Origin: Minisyncoccota bacterium
GTDB taxonomy: Bacteria > Patescibacteriota > Minisyncoccia > Phycocordibacterales > Phycocordibacteraceae
Assembly (NCBI GenBank): GCA_035531495.1
Contig: DATKSU010000005.1
Span: 41,984 to 105,983 of the forward strand
DNA: 64,000 bases
Direction of reading: 5' to 3'
The first letter of the stretch is position 1. Every line of letters starts with the position of its first letter. The notes beneath the pieces were generated by a model, which saw nothing but the letters and a program-made list of their open reading frames with translations, searched no databases and was not told the origin of the DNA. Positions 47,255 to 59,149 of this stretch are shown here, piece by piece. Position numbers and translations under genes: made by a program.

Positions 47255-48325
47255 TCACGCTTCGTCGAGCTTGCGGAGCGCGATGCCGACCGCGACCGCG
47301 AACTCCGGGCCTATCTCTTTCAGGACCGGCCGCATGAATGCCGGCGCTTCGGTCTTCGCGAACGGATCCGCGACGCGCACGTCGATGGAGAATACTGTCT
47401 TCGCGTATGACTCGAGGTCCCGTGTCACGCCGCCACCGCCGGTGAGAATGATGGCGCTGATCGCCTTGTGGTGCGTCGTCTCGTACTGGATGAGGACGCG
47501 CCGCACTTCCGCGAGGATGCGCGAGAACGTGAGTTCCGGCGACTCGAGCCCCGAATCGTCGCGGAGCCCCGCCTCTTTCTTCAACTGTTCGGCGCGCGCG
47601 AACGGGATTTCCTGCGCAGCGGCGATCGCCCGCGTGATGTCCTGGCTGCCGACGCTGATAGCGTGCGAGAACGCGACGATACCGCTCTCGACGACGTAGG
47701 TCTTCGTCGACGCAGCGCCAACGTCGACGACCATGACGGGCTTCACGAGCTCGTCGACGACGGCGCGGATGGTGCTGAAGATCTCGATCTCGTAGAAGCT
47801 CGCGGCAAGCTTCGCGCCCGAGACGACCCGCTGCAGGAAACGCAGCTCGTCGTTATGCACAGCAACGAGCAGCACGTCGACCTTGTCGTGCACGGCGCCA
47901 TGCGCCGGATCGCGCGACGGCACGATGAACCAGTCGAGCTGCACCTCGCTCACGGGTACCGGGATGTATTTGCGCGCTTCAAGCTCGATGACCGTCTTCT
48001 GCTCGGCGACGTTCTTGCGATACGGCAGTTCAACGAGCGTGAGCAGGGAGCGCGCGAAAGGGATGGAGACGCCGCAGTTCTCCGTCGTCACCTTCGCCTC
48101 CCGGAGGAGGTCTCTCAAGGTCTCGATGACCTGCTCGGCGGAGAGGTTCGTCGCCTGGCCGACTTCGACGCCGCCGTACGGGCCGAGCGCGAGCTCGCCG
48201 TACGTCTCGAGCACCGCCTGGCTGTGCTCTTTGCGCAGCTGCACGACTTTCAAGGACGAAGAGCCGATATCGACGCCGAGGACGCTCTTCCCTTTGCTTC
48301 CGAAAAGACCGCCGAGGAACGACAT
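47255..48325 (-). CDS. pilM: type IV pilus assembly protein PilM
   Basis: GVDIGSSSLKVV, EARKYIP, DVGA, LTGGG, FAVAVGIALR; start at MSFLGG. Confidence 0.92.
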   Translation of the reverse strand: MSFLGGLFGSKGKSVLGVDIGSSSLKVVQLRKEHSQAVLETYGELALGPYGGVEVGQATNLSAEQVIETLRDLLREAKVTTENCGVSIPFARSLLTLVELPYRKNVAEQKTVIELEARKYIPVPVSEVQLDWFIVPSRDPAHGAVHDKVDVLLVAVHNDELRFLQRVVSGAKLAASFYEIEIFSTIRAVVDELVKPVMVVDVGAASTKTYVVESGIVAFSHAISVGSQDITRAIAAAQEIPFARAEQLKKEAGLRDDSGLESPELTFSRILAEVRRVLIQYETTHHKAISAIILTGGGGVTRDLESYAKTVFSIDVRVADPFAKTEAPAFMRPVLKEIGPEFAVAVGIALRKLDEA

Positions 48326-48341
48326 GTAGGATAATACTATC

Positions 48342-48947
48342 ATGCTGTACTGGCTCGATGCGCTCTTCCCTCCCCGTGCAGACGAGCGCGCGCTGCGCGG
48401 CGTCTCGGCAGCTGCGTTCGCCGCGCTCTCGGACGCCCGGCGCACGGACTGCACGCGCCCCGCGACGATCGCGCTCCTGCCCTTCTCCGATGCGCGCGTG
48501 CGCGCTGCCGTGCACGAGGCGAAATATCACGGAAGCGAGAAGGCGTTCGCGCTCCTCGCCGCGGCGCTCGCGCGTTTCCTGCGCGACGAAACGATGCCGG
48601 GGCCGCGCATCCTCGTCCCAGTGCCGCTCGGCACGTCGCGGCGGCGGGAGCGCGGCTACAATCAAGTCGAAGAAGTCGCGCGGCGGGTAGGGGCGGAGCT
48701 CGGCATCGCGGTCGATGCCGAGCTCCTCGCGCGCACGCGCGAGACCGCCTCGCAGACCGCGCTTGGCCGCCGCGAGCGCGAAGAGAACATGCGCGGCGCC
48801 TTCGGCGCCGCGCATCCCGCGTCCCCGTCGATGACGTATATCCTTCTCGACGACGTCCTCACGACGGGCGCGACCCTACAGGCGGCCATCGACGCGCTCG
48901 CGAATGCGGGCGTGGCGCGCATCCTCCCGGTCGCGCTCGCACATTAA
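48342..48947 (+). CDS. comF: ComF-family phosphoribosyltransferase-like competence protein
   Basis: KY.G, VPVPL..R..ERGYNQ, R..N..GAF, LLDDVLTTGAT. Confidence 0.9.
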   Translation: MLYWLDALFPPRADERALRGVSAAAFAALSDARRTDCTRPATIALLPFSDARVRAAVHEAKYHGSEKAFALLAAALARFLRDETMPGPRILVPVPLGTSRRRERGYNQVEEVARRVGAELGIAVDAELLARTRETASQTALGRREREENMRGAFGAAHPASPSMTYILLDDVLTTGATLQAAIDALANAGVARILPVALAH

Positions 48948-48968
48948 ATTTGATAAGGTGCTCCCAAC

Positions 48969-49059
48969 GGAGAGGTGGCTGAGTGGCTGAAAGCGGCGGA
49001 TTGCTAATCCGCTATACGGGGTAATAGCCGTATCGAGGGTTCGAATCCCTCCCTCTCCG
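48969..49059 (+). tRNA. tRNA-Ser (GCT)
   Basis: GGAGAGG/CCTCTCC acceptor, GCGGA-TTGCTAA-TCCGC, long variable arm, G73. Confidence 0.95.
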
Positions 49060-49276
49060 CAAAACAACGAGCGAGACGCGCAGCGTTCCGCGGCTATGTT
49101 TTGCGAGATGAGGGAGGGATTCGAAGGCGAGCACTGGGGCCCCGCGAGCACGCGGGTATGCGCGAGCGTGGCTAGGCAGAGCAAGGCGCGACGGCGCCGC
49201 GCGGGCGCTTAGCCGATTCGCGCCTGCCGGTCTTCGGCACGACGCATATCTCCTTCGTGCGGTAGACTACACGCCG

Positions 49277-50038
49277 ATGACTCCGCCTGAGGAATCCTGG
49301 CGCGTAACGCACCGTACGCTCGCATCGATCGCGTTCGAAGGCGACGTCGCGCACATACGCGACATCCGCGACTTCCGTTATCCGTCGGGTATCGAGGACA
49401 AGCCCGAGGAGCGGTATCTCAACCGCGATATTCCGCTTGCGGAGATCGAGAGCGCATGGCTCTCCGTCATTCCCTTCCGCCCGCACTTCGCGCACCTCGT
49501 CACGAGCTTCGGCATGCGTGACGGCGCGCACCTCGCCATCTCCGTCGAGATACGCTACCGCGATGGCGAGCCGTATGCGCTCTGGAAGACGCTCTATCCG
49601 CACTACTGGCTCTCGTACGTCATCGCGACCGAGGACGATGTCTTCCGGCTCCGCACCGACGTGCGTGCAGGCGAATCGATCTACCTGTACCGACTCGCCT
49701 TTTCACCAGCGCAGGCGCAACACCTCTTCGCCGACATGCTCCTGCGCGCTGACCACGTGAACCAGCACTCGTTCGAGCGTTTCAACTCAGCAATGAATAG
49801 CTGCTCCTCGAACGTGCTCCGCCACCTCGCACGAGCGGCGGGACGTCCGCTGCCCGTGCATCAGTCGCATTTTTTCACCGAGCACCTTGACCACCACCTC
49901 GCACGGGAAGGGTTCCTTGCCGCTCCGGCACTGCTTACGGAGAAGGCGCGCGCCCGCCGACTCATAAACCCTCTCGCGCGGATGATTCCACCCGACGCCG
50001 CGGACTTCTCCGCGCGCATCCGTGCGCATATCGCCTAG
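49277..50038 (+). CDS. DUF4105 (Lnb N-terminal-like) domain protein
   Basis: IRDFRY, AHLVTSFG, ISVEIR, YVIATEDD, FNSAMNSCSSN. Confidence 0.75.
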   Translation: MTPPEESWRVTHRTLASIAFEGDVAHIRDIRDFRYPSGIEDKPEERYLNRDIPLAEIESAWLSVIPFRPHFAHLVTSFGMRDGAHLAISVEIRYRDGEPYALWKTLYPHYWLSYVIATEDDVFRLRTDVRAGESIYLYRLAFSPAQAQHLFADMLLRADHVNQHSFERFNSAMNSCSSNVLRHLARAAGRPLPVHQSHFFTEHLDHHLAREGFLAAPALLTEKARARRLINPLARMIPPDAADFSARIRAHIA

Positions 50039-50208
50039 AGCGCGCCCGTAGCCTTCGCGAGCTTGAAGCCGGCCCAGATGCCGCCGATGCCGCCGATGCC
50101 GCTCCAAATCACGTAAGAGAAGATGCCGCCGTTCCAGAAATACGGCAGGAAGCTGCCGATCGTGGAGCCGATAGCGAGCCCGCCCCAGATGAGTGTCTTG
50201 CTGCTCAT
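50035..50208 (-). CDS. small Gly-rich membrane protein (57 aa)
   Basis: Manual translation MSSKTLIWGGLAIGSTIGSFLPYFWNGGIFSYVIWSGIGGIGGIWAGFKLAKATGAL. Confidence 0.65.
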   Translation of the reverse strand: MSSKTLIWGGLAIGSTIGSFLPYFWNGGIFSYVIWSGIGGIGGIWAGFKLAKATGAL

Positions 50209-50330
50209 AGTCGCTCGTCAGTCAGATATCAGTTATCAGTCTACCATCGTCGAGCTTCAGGACGCGTGCGGCGTAGTGCGCAAAAACCGCGGCACGCCGC
50301 GGTTTTGCGCGCACGCTCAACCCCGGTGCC

Positions 50331-52284
<1,954 letters not shown>

Positions 52285-52417
52285 ATGTTCGCTGCTTACA
52301 GCTTATATATTATATAAAACGGATAAAGCGCCCTGCGGCGTGCAGTATACGGAACCGGCGGGCGTAGGGCAAGTTCTTGCACGGCACCGCGGGTCCGTGG
52401 TATGCTCGCCGACACAG

Positions 52418-52657
52418 ATGGAGGCACTCGTATCGGCACTGCCGTACGCGGAAATCATCCTCTCAATCCTCCTCATCGTCGGTATCGTGCTCCAGCAGCG
52501 CGGCGCGACGTTAGGCGGAGCCTTCGGAGGCGATAATTTCGCGTCGACATTCTACAAGCGCAGAGGCGCCGAGAAATTCCTATTCAACGCGACAATCGTC
52601 ATCGCCATTCTCCTCGTGCTCGCGGCGATAACGAACTTCCTTCTGTCAGGCGCATGA
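52418..52657 (+). CDS. secG: preprotein translocase subunit SecG
   Basis: Two TM helices, LQQRG..LGGAFGG, RRGAEKFL. Confidence 0.9.
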   Translation: MEALVSALPYAEIILSILLIVGIVLQQRGATLGGAFGGDNFASTFYKRRGAEKFLFNATIVIAILLVLAAITNFLLSGA

Positions 52658-54387
52658 CGGATGGTGCGCAGGGCGGGTTTGCGCGTGCGTGGCAGCAGCT
52701 CACGCGCTCCCGCGCCGTCGCCTGGCTCGACCGCGTGACCGCGCACGTCCGCTCCCTCTCGGCGAGCGACCGAGTCATCTTCTACGTGCTCGCGCTCATC
52801 GTCGGCGTCGCGTCCGTCGCGAGCGCCTATGCGCTCGAGCAGTCGCTCCTCGTCGAAGTGCCGGCGTACGGCGGCACGCTCGTCGAAGGCGAGGTTGGCA
52901 GCCCCCGCTTCATCAACCCGCTCCTCGCCATCAGCGACGCCGACCGCGACCTCGCGACGCTTACGTACGCCGGGCTCATGGGGCTCGCGGGCAACGGCAC
53001 GCTCGTCCCGGTCCTCGCTGAGAGCTATACCGTTTCGCCGGACGGCAAGACGTATACGTTCACGCTGCGCTCCGACGCGAAGTTCTCGGACGGGACGCCG
53101 GTGACGGCGAACGACGTGGTCTTCACGGTGCAGAAAGCGCAGGATACCGCGCTCAAGAGCCCGGAGTACGCGAATTGGTCAGGCGTCACCGTCCAGGCCC
53201 TCGACACGCGTACCGTGCAGTTCACGCTTGCGAAGCCGTACGCACCCTTCCTCTGGCTCACGACGCTCGGCATCCTGCCCGCGCACCTCTGGCAGAGCAT
53301 CTCGGACGAGCAGTTCCCGTTCTCGAATCTCGAGACGAACCCCGTCGGCGCGGGGCCGTTCAAGATCGCGAGTGTATCGCGCGGCGCGTCCGGCCTCATC
53401 CAGAGCGTGTCGCTCGTCGCGAATCCCTCCTACGCGCTCGGCCGCCCGTACCTCGACGGCATCACGTTCGATTTCTACGCGCGCACGGAGGATCTCGCGC
53501 AAGCGCTCGCGAGCGGCGCCGTGGCGAGCGCGTACGACGTCCCGGCCGCGGGCGCGCGCACGGCGCCGTACTCCCGCATCTTCGGCGTCTTCTGGAATCC
53601 GAACGAGAGCCAGGTTTACGCCCATGAGGAAGTGCGCAAGGCGCTCTCAATCGCCATCGACCGCAGCGCCATCGTGCAGTCGGTGCTCGGCGGCTACGCG
53701 ACGCCCATCATGGGCCCCGTGCCGCCGGGCAGCGGCGTGAAGCAGGCGCCAATCCCCGCCGCGGGCGACCCGACCGCAGCGGCGGCTCAGGTGCTCGAAG
53801 CGGCCGGTTGGACGTACGACGGCTCGGCGCGCGAATGGAAGAATACGGTGGAGAAAGCGACGCTCTCGAGCGTCACCATCCGCACATCGAACGTCCCGGA
53901 GCTGCGCAGCGTCGCGAGCGCCGTGAAGAGGAACTGGGAGGCGCTCGGCATCTCGGTCGACATCGAGCTCTACGAGCCCGGCGACCTCTCGCAGAACGTC
54001 ATCCGCCCCAGGAAGTACGAGGCGCTGCTCTACGGCATGGTCATCGGCCGCGATCAGGACCTCTACGCCTTCTGGGATTCGCAGGAACGCAACGATCCGG
54101 GATTGAATATTGCGCTCTACGCGAACAAGACGGTAGACGGGCTCCTCGAGGACGCGCGCACGAACCCGGATCCGCAGGCGCGGGCGAAGGACCTGCAAGG
54201 GATCGAGGGCACGGTGGCGTCCGAGTATCCCGCGGCCTTCATCTACGCGCCGGACTTCATCTACGCCGTGCCGAGCTCCCTGCGAGGCGTCGCACTGCCG
54301 CAGATTGTGACGCCGTCCGACCGCTTCGCGAGCGTCACGAAGTGGTACATGGTGACCGACAAGGTCTGGCCGTTCTTCGCGCGATGA
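52654..54387 (+). CDS. family 5 (OppA/DppA-like) solute-binding protein, TM-anchored
   Basis: GGTLVEG, LAESY..S.DGKTYTF.LR, FSDG.PVTA.DV.FT, PVGAGPF, VRKALS.AIDR. Confidence 0.9.
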   Translation: MTDGAQGGFARAWQQLTRSRAVAWLDRVTAHVRSLSASDRVIFYVLALIVGVASVASAYALEQSLLVEVPAYGGTLVEGEVGSPRFINPLLAISDADRDLATLTYAGLMGLAGNGTLVPVLAESYTVSPDGKTYTFTLRSDAKFSDGTPVTANDVVFTVQKAQDTALKSPEYANWSGVTVQALDTRTVQFTLAKPYAPFLWLTTLGILPAHLWQSISDEQFPFSNLETNPVGAGPFKIASVSRGASGLIQSVSLVANPSYALGRPYLDGITFDFYARTEDLAQALASGAVASAYDVPAAGARTAPYSRIFGVFWNPNESQVYAHEEVRKALSIAIDRSAIVQSVLGGYATPIMGPVPPGSGVKQAPIPAAGDPTAAAAQVLEAAGWTYDGSAREWKNTVEKATLSSVTIRTSNVPELRSVASAVKRNWEALGISVDIELYEPGDLSQNVIRPRKYEALLYGMVIGRDQDLYAFWDSQERNDPGLNIALYANKTVDGLLEDARTNPDPQARAKDLQGIEGTVASEYPAAFIYAPDFIYAVPSSLRGVALPQIVTPSDRFASVTKWYMVTDKVWPFFAR

Positions 54388-54464
54388 CGGGAGCATTTTC
54401 GTACGGGTTTCATCAGTATCTTTCGTAAGCCCGAATACACAAAAATTAATTAACTGACATCAGT

Positions 54465-56381
54465 ATGAATCAAGCACCAGCACCAGCCCCCGCACCCGGA
54501 CGCTCGCATCCGCCTGAGCGGTCCCGGCCGTTCCCGCCGCGCGACGGGGAGAAGCGCTTCGCCCGCGGTCCGCGCGCGCAGCGCGGCGGACGCACCGGAC
54601 GCCCGGGCGGCGTCTCACGCCGCATCCAGCGCATGCTCCGCCGTCCGACGGCCATGCCGCGCTCGGCGCCGAAGGGCGCGGACTATTACCCGGAGCGCCC
54701 GGCGGCGAACGTCGTGCGCGTCATACCGCTCGGCGGCGCCGAAGAGGTCGGCCGCAACATGCTCGCGCTCGACGTGGGCGCGACCGGCGACATCCTCGTC
54801 TTCGACGCGGGCTTCCAGTTCGTCTCCGAAGACAGCGGCCCGGGCGTCGACTACCTCCTGCCGAACACGAAATACCTCGAGAAGAACCAGGCCCGCGTCG
54901 CAGGCGTCATCATCACGCACGGCCACCTCGACCACATCGGCGGCATCCCGTTCGTCCTTCCCCGCTTCGGCACGCCGACGATCTACACCCAGGAACTCAC
55001 GGGCATCATGATCAAGAAGCGTCAAGAGGAATACCCGGACGTCCCGAAGCCGGAGATTGTCACCGTCAAGGCCGGCGAGTCGATGACGATCGGCAAGACA
55101 CGAGTGCGGTTCTTCCCCGTCACGCATTCCATACCTGACTCGATGGGCGTGTCGATCGAGACGTCGCACGGCAACGTCGTCATTTCGGGCGACCTGAAGC
55201 TCGACCACGACGACGGCATCCCGTCCGAGCGCGAGGTCAAGACGTGGGGCGAGCTCGGCAAGGACAAGAACATCCTCTTCATCGCCGACTCGACGAACGC
55301 CGAGAAGGACGGCTTCTCCATCTCGGAGAAGCGCGTGAATCAGACCTTGGAGGACATCGTGAAGACGGTGTCGGGCCGCCTCATCATCGGCACGTTCGCG
55401 TCGCAATTCGAGCGCATGATCCGCATCATCCAGAGCGCGGAGAAGCTCGGAAAGAAGGTGGTAACCGAGGGCCGCTCAATCCGCAACAATCTTGAGATCG
55501 CCGAGAAGACTGGCCTCCTCAAGGTGGAGAAAGGCACGATCATCCCCGCGCAGGACATCGGCAGCTATCCGCCGGACAAGATTGTCATCCTTTCTACCGG
55601 CGCGCAGGGCGAGGAGTTCGCCGCACTGATGCGCATCGCGACCGGCCAGCACAAGAACATCACGCTCAACGAGCGCGACACCATCGTGCTATCGTCGTCG
55701 GTCATCCCGGGCAATGAGATCAACGTGCAACGGTTGAAAGACAACCTCTACCGCCATGGCGTGACGCTCATCCACTACCGCTCCTCCGACGTCCACTCGA
55801 CGGGCCACGGCAACACGGGCGAGCTCGTCTGGATGAACAAGCAAGTGAACGCGAAGTTCTTCATGCCGTACTACGGCTACCGCTCGATGACGACCTGCCA
55901 CGCCAAAGCGGTCGAGCAGGCAGGACGCCCGAAGGACACCGTCATCATTCCGGACAACGGCCTCGTCATCGATATCGAGGACGGCGAGCGCCTCTCCATC
56001 CACAAGCAGAAGGTCCCCTCCGCGCCGCTCGTCGTCGACGGCTTCACCATCGGCGACATGCAGGAGGTCGTCATCCGCGATCGCCAGTCGCTCGCCAAAG
56101 ACGGCATGTTCGTCATCATCGCGAGCATCAACATGAAGACCGGGAAGCTCCGGAAGTCGCCCGACATCATCAGTCGCGGCTTCATCTACCTGCGCGAGTC
56201 GCAGGACCTCCTGAACCAGGCGCGGCTCCTCATCAAAAAGACCATCGAGGATTCGACGCATGGCATGAACCCCATCGACCTTGATTACGTGAAGAACAAC
56301 CTGACCGACACCATGGCGGGCTTCCTCTTCACGCGCACGAACAAGGCGCCAATGGTCATCCCCGTCCTCATCAGCATGTAA
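54465..56381 (+). CDS. rnj: ribonuclease J
   Basis: PLGG.EEVGRNM, THGHLDHIG, HSIPD, TG.QGE, H.TGH. Confidence 0.95.
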   Translation: MNQAPAPAPAPGRSHPPERSRPFPPRDGEKRFARGPRAQRGGRTGRPGGVSRRIQRMLRRPTAMPRSAPKGADYYPERPAANVVRVIPLGGAEEVGRNMLALDVGATGDILVFDAGFQFVSEDSGPGVDYLLPNTKYLEKNQARVAGVIITHGHLDHIGGIPFVLPRFGTPTIYTQELTGIMIKKRQEEYPDVPKPEIVTVKAGESMTIGKTRVRFFPVTHSIPDSMGVSIETSHGNVVISGDLKLDHDDGIPSEREVKTWGELGKDKNILFIADSTNAEKDGFSISEKRVNQTLEDIVKTVSGRLIIGTFASQFERMIRIIQSAEKLGKKVVTEGRSIRNNLEIAEKTGLLKVEKGTIIPAQDIGSYPPDKIVILSTGAQGEEFAALMRIATGQHKNITLNERDTIVLSSSVIPGNEINVQRLKDNLYRHGVTLIHYRSSDVHSTGHGNTGELVWMNKQVNAKFFMPYYGYRSMTTCHAKAVEQAGRPKDTVIIPDNGLVIDIEDGERLSIHKQKVPSAPLVVDGFTIGDMQEVVIRDRQSLAKDGMFVIIASINMKTGKLRKSPDIISRGFIYLRESQDLLNQARLLIKKTIEDSTHGMNPIDLDYVKNNLTDTMAGFLFTRTNKAPMVIPVLISM

Positions 56382-56495
56382 ATCATCACGCCTAGTGCGG
56401 TTCGGAAGCATGCGTCGGCCTCCCCTAAGGGAGGCCGCGCTCGCTCTCGGACCGCCTCTGACGAGCCACGGTTTTCATATGCTACGCTCTCCGTA

Positions 56496-57650
56496 ATGCA
56501 TCCGCGCATCGTGCTCGCCGTCGGGAATTTCTTCTTCTCGCTCTTCGCAACGCTCACGATCTACATCCTCCTCCCTTACCTCTCGACCTTCATGCCGAGC
56601 GCGGCGACCGGCCTCGTCGTCGCGGGCGGCGCGCTCGTCGCGTGCATCGCGTTCCCGTTCCTCCCGCGCCTCGTCGCGCGCTACGGCGCGCAGCAGCTCG
56701 CCCTCGTCATCGCGCTCGCCGAGATGATCACGCTCTTCGCCCTCGCGGCCTCGCCCGGCGCCGTCGCGGCCGCCGTCCTCGTCGCGCTCACGGTCGCGCT
56801 CCAGCCCTTCCTCGCCTACGAGCTCGACCTCCTTCTCGAGGCGACCGTCGCCGAGGAAGGCACGACTGGGCGCGTGCGTACGCTCTTCCTCACCGCGTGG
56901 AACGTCGCGGCGCTCGCCGCGCCGCTCCTCATAGGCGCTCTGCTCGCTAATTCGGATGCGTACGGCCGCATCTTCCTCGCCGCTGCCGCCGCGCTCGTGC
57001 CGTTCACCGTGCTCTTCGCCGCGCGCCGGCTGCCGAAGGGCGAAGTGCCTAGGCTCTCGGCTATGGGCGATACACTCTTATGCATCGTCCAGGATCGCGA
57101 CCTCGCCGCGGTCAGCTTCGGGCATTTGCTCCTCTACCTCTTCTACGTATGGGCGCCCTTGTACGCGCCCGTCTTCCTGCACGACGTCATCGGCGTCTCT
57201 TGGGTCAACCTCGGCTGGATGTTCTCCATCATGCTCGTGCCCTTCGTGCTCATCGAGTATCCGGCCGGCTATATCGCCGACCGGTGGCTCGGCGACAAGG
57301 AGCTCATGTTCGCGGGGTACCTCCTCGCTGGCGTCGCGCTCGCATCCCTCGGCTTCCTCACACGCGGCACGCCGCTCGTCGCCATCCTCATCATCCTCGT
57401 CGTCTCGCGCGCCGGCGCGGCCTTCGTCGAAAGCATGACCGAGGGGCATTTCTTCCGGCGTGTCTCGGAGAAGGACATCAACACCGTGAGCGTCTTCCGT
57501 GGCATCTGGCCCCTCGCCGACCTCATCGCGCCCCTCGTCGGCAGCGTCATCCTCTTCGTCGGTAATTTTCATCTCCTCTTCTTCTTCACGGGCAGCTTCA
57601 TCGCGCTCGCGGGCATCGCCTCGACGCTCTTCATCAAGGACTTCCGTTAG
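56496..57650 (+). CDS. MFS transporter
   Basis: About 12 TM helices, GYIADRWLGDK motif. Confidence 0.85.
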   Translation: MHPRIVLAVGNFFFSLFATLTIYILLPYLSTFMPSAATGLVVAGGALVACIAFPFLPRLVARYGAQQLALVIALAEMITLFALAASPGAVAAAVLVALTVALQPFLAYELDLLLEATVAEEGTTGRVRTLFLTAWNVAALAAPLLIGALLANSDAYGRIFLAAAAALVPFTVLFAARRLPKGEVPRLSAMGDTLLCIVQDRDLAAVSFGHLLLYLFYVWAPLYAPVFLHDVIGVSWVNLGWMFSIMLVPFVLIEYPAGYIADRWLGDKELMFAGYLLAGVALASLGFLTRGTPLVAILIILVVSRAGAAFVESMTEGHFFRRVSEKDINTVSVFRGIWPLADLIAPLVGSVILFVGNFHLLFFFTGSFIALAGIASTLFIKDFR

Positions 57651-58465
57651 CCGGCGAGCGCGGCGCGCCCGCGTGAGCGCGCGACGAGTCCCTCGGCGGC
57701 GAGCGCGGCGAGCGCGATGCGCAACTGCGGGCGACGCGCGGGACCGAGGAGACCCGTGAGATGCCGAGCAGAGGCACTTCCCTGCGCGAGTGCGCGCAGG
57801 ATAGCGCCGCGCGCCTCGCGCAGGGAACCTTTGAATGCTGGCTGCTTCGCATAGTGACGGCTCTTCGCGTTATGCGAGACGCCGAAACGCTTCAGGCGCG
57901 CGCCGTAATCCATGAGCGCGCTGTACCACGCGCGCGCCCTCCTCTTCGACAGGCATATCGCGAGCACCGCTTCTATCTCTGCATCAGAGACTGTGCGGCG
58001 CCTCGGAAAGAAATGATGGATGACGGCCGTGCGGATATTCGTCTCGAGGACGATGCCGTCTTCGTTGTAGGCGAAGGCGGCAACGGCCCGCGCCGTGTAG
58101 GGACCGACGCCCGGCAGCCGCTCGAGCGCCGCCGCATCCCGCGGCATGCCGTGCGTCGCGATCTCCTTCGCGGCAGCGTGGAGCTGCTTCGCCCGGCGGT
58201 TATAGCCGAGCCCTTGCCACGCGCGGAGCGCGTCAGCGAGCTGGACGCGCGCGAGCGCGCCCGCCGTCGGAAACCGCTTCACGAAACGCGTGTAAAACGG
58301 GATGACGCGCTCCACCTGCGTCTGCTGGAGCATCACTTCCGAGACGAGGATGCGCCACGGGTCGCGCGTCCTTCGCCACAGCAAGTCGTGCCGGCCGTGC
58401 GTGCGATATGCGGTCCAAACCGCGCGCCGGAACGCGGAGACGGCCTTAGAGTTCGTAGATGACAT
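57647..58465 (-). CDS. mutY: A/G-specific adenine glycosylase (MutY-like, no Fe-S cysteines)
   Basis: WRRTRDPW.ILVSEVMLQQTQV, WQGLGYNRRA, LPGVGPYTA, ETN, ALMDYGA. Confidence 0.85.
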   Translation of the reverse strand: MSSTNSKAVSAFRRAVWTAYRTHGRHDLLWRRTRDPWRILVSEVMLQQTQVERVIPFYTRFVKRFPTAGALARVQLADALRAWQGLGYNRRAKQLHAAAKEIATHGMPRDAAALERLPGVGPYTARAVAAFAYNEDGIVLETNIRTAVIHHFFPRRRTVSDAEIEAVLAICLSKRRARAWYSALMDYGARLKRFGVSHNAKSRHYAKQPAFKGSLREARGAILRALAQGSASARHLTGLLGPARRPQLRIALAALAAEGLVARSRGRAALAG

Positions 58466-59135
58466 CCTTGCGCTCGATGACGACCTTCCAGCCGCGTCGC
58501 TTCGCGTGCTGGTAGAGTTTCGCGTTCGGATTGAAGGCGATTGACGTCGTCGCCATCTCGAGCATCGGGATGTCGCTCTCCGTGTCCCCGACGATGACGG
58601 AATCATCGAGCGTGAGGTTCTCTTTGCGCACGGCACGCTGGAGGATGGCCGCCTTGTTGAAGATGATGTCCTCGTCCTCGATCTCGCCCGTGAAATTGCC
58701 GGACGGCCCGCTCGCGTAGAAGACGCCGTAAACCTTATCGAAGCCGTGCTCGTAGCCGAAGCCGTCGACGATGAACTTCGGCGAATGCGAGATGGCGAGC
58801 AAATAGTACCCCTTCGCCTTGAGGTCCTGCGCGAGGTCGCGTGTGTAGCGGTAAACGCGGTCGCAGCGCTCCTCGATGACTTCGCCCGCGGCGTTCGCGA
58901 CCGCCTCGAAGGAGACGCCCTTCAATTGGCCCTCGAAGGCCGTGACGACGCTCTTGATGTAAGCGGCGTAATCGCCTTTGCGATCGAGCCACTTCAAGCG
59001 GTCCGCCTCGTACACGTCCCGCGCGGGTGGTGGGAAGACGTCCTTCTCGATGAGGCGCTCGACGAGCTCGATGAGGAGCGATGAGCGGAAGATGGTGCCG
59101 TCGATGTCGAAGACGGCGACGCGGCGTTTCTCCAT
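58446..59135 (-). CDS. HAD-IB family hydrolase
   Basis: FDIDGT, ISHS, K, GDTESD; start from TACGAT 6 nt upstream. Confidence 0.88.
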   Translation of the reverse strand: MEKRRVAVFDIDGTIFRSSLLIELVERLIEKDVFPPPARDVYEADRLKWLDRKGDYAAYIKSVVTAFEGQLKGVSFEAVANAAGEVIEERCDRVYRYTRDLAQDLKAKGYYLLAISHSPKFIVDGFGYEHGFDKVYGVFYASGPSGNFTGEIEDEDIIFNKAAILQRAVRKENLTLDDSVIVGDTESDIPMLEMATTSIAFNPNAKLYQHAKRRGWKVVIERKDVIYEL

Positions 59136-59149
59136 AGCCCTATCGTACC

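Noticed and set aside
52285-52417. CIRCE/HrcA operator upstream of groS
   Set aside because: No TTAGCACTC-N9-GAGTGCTAA match; only an AT-rich TTATATATTATATAA palindrome of unknown meaning.
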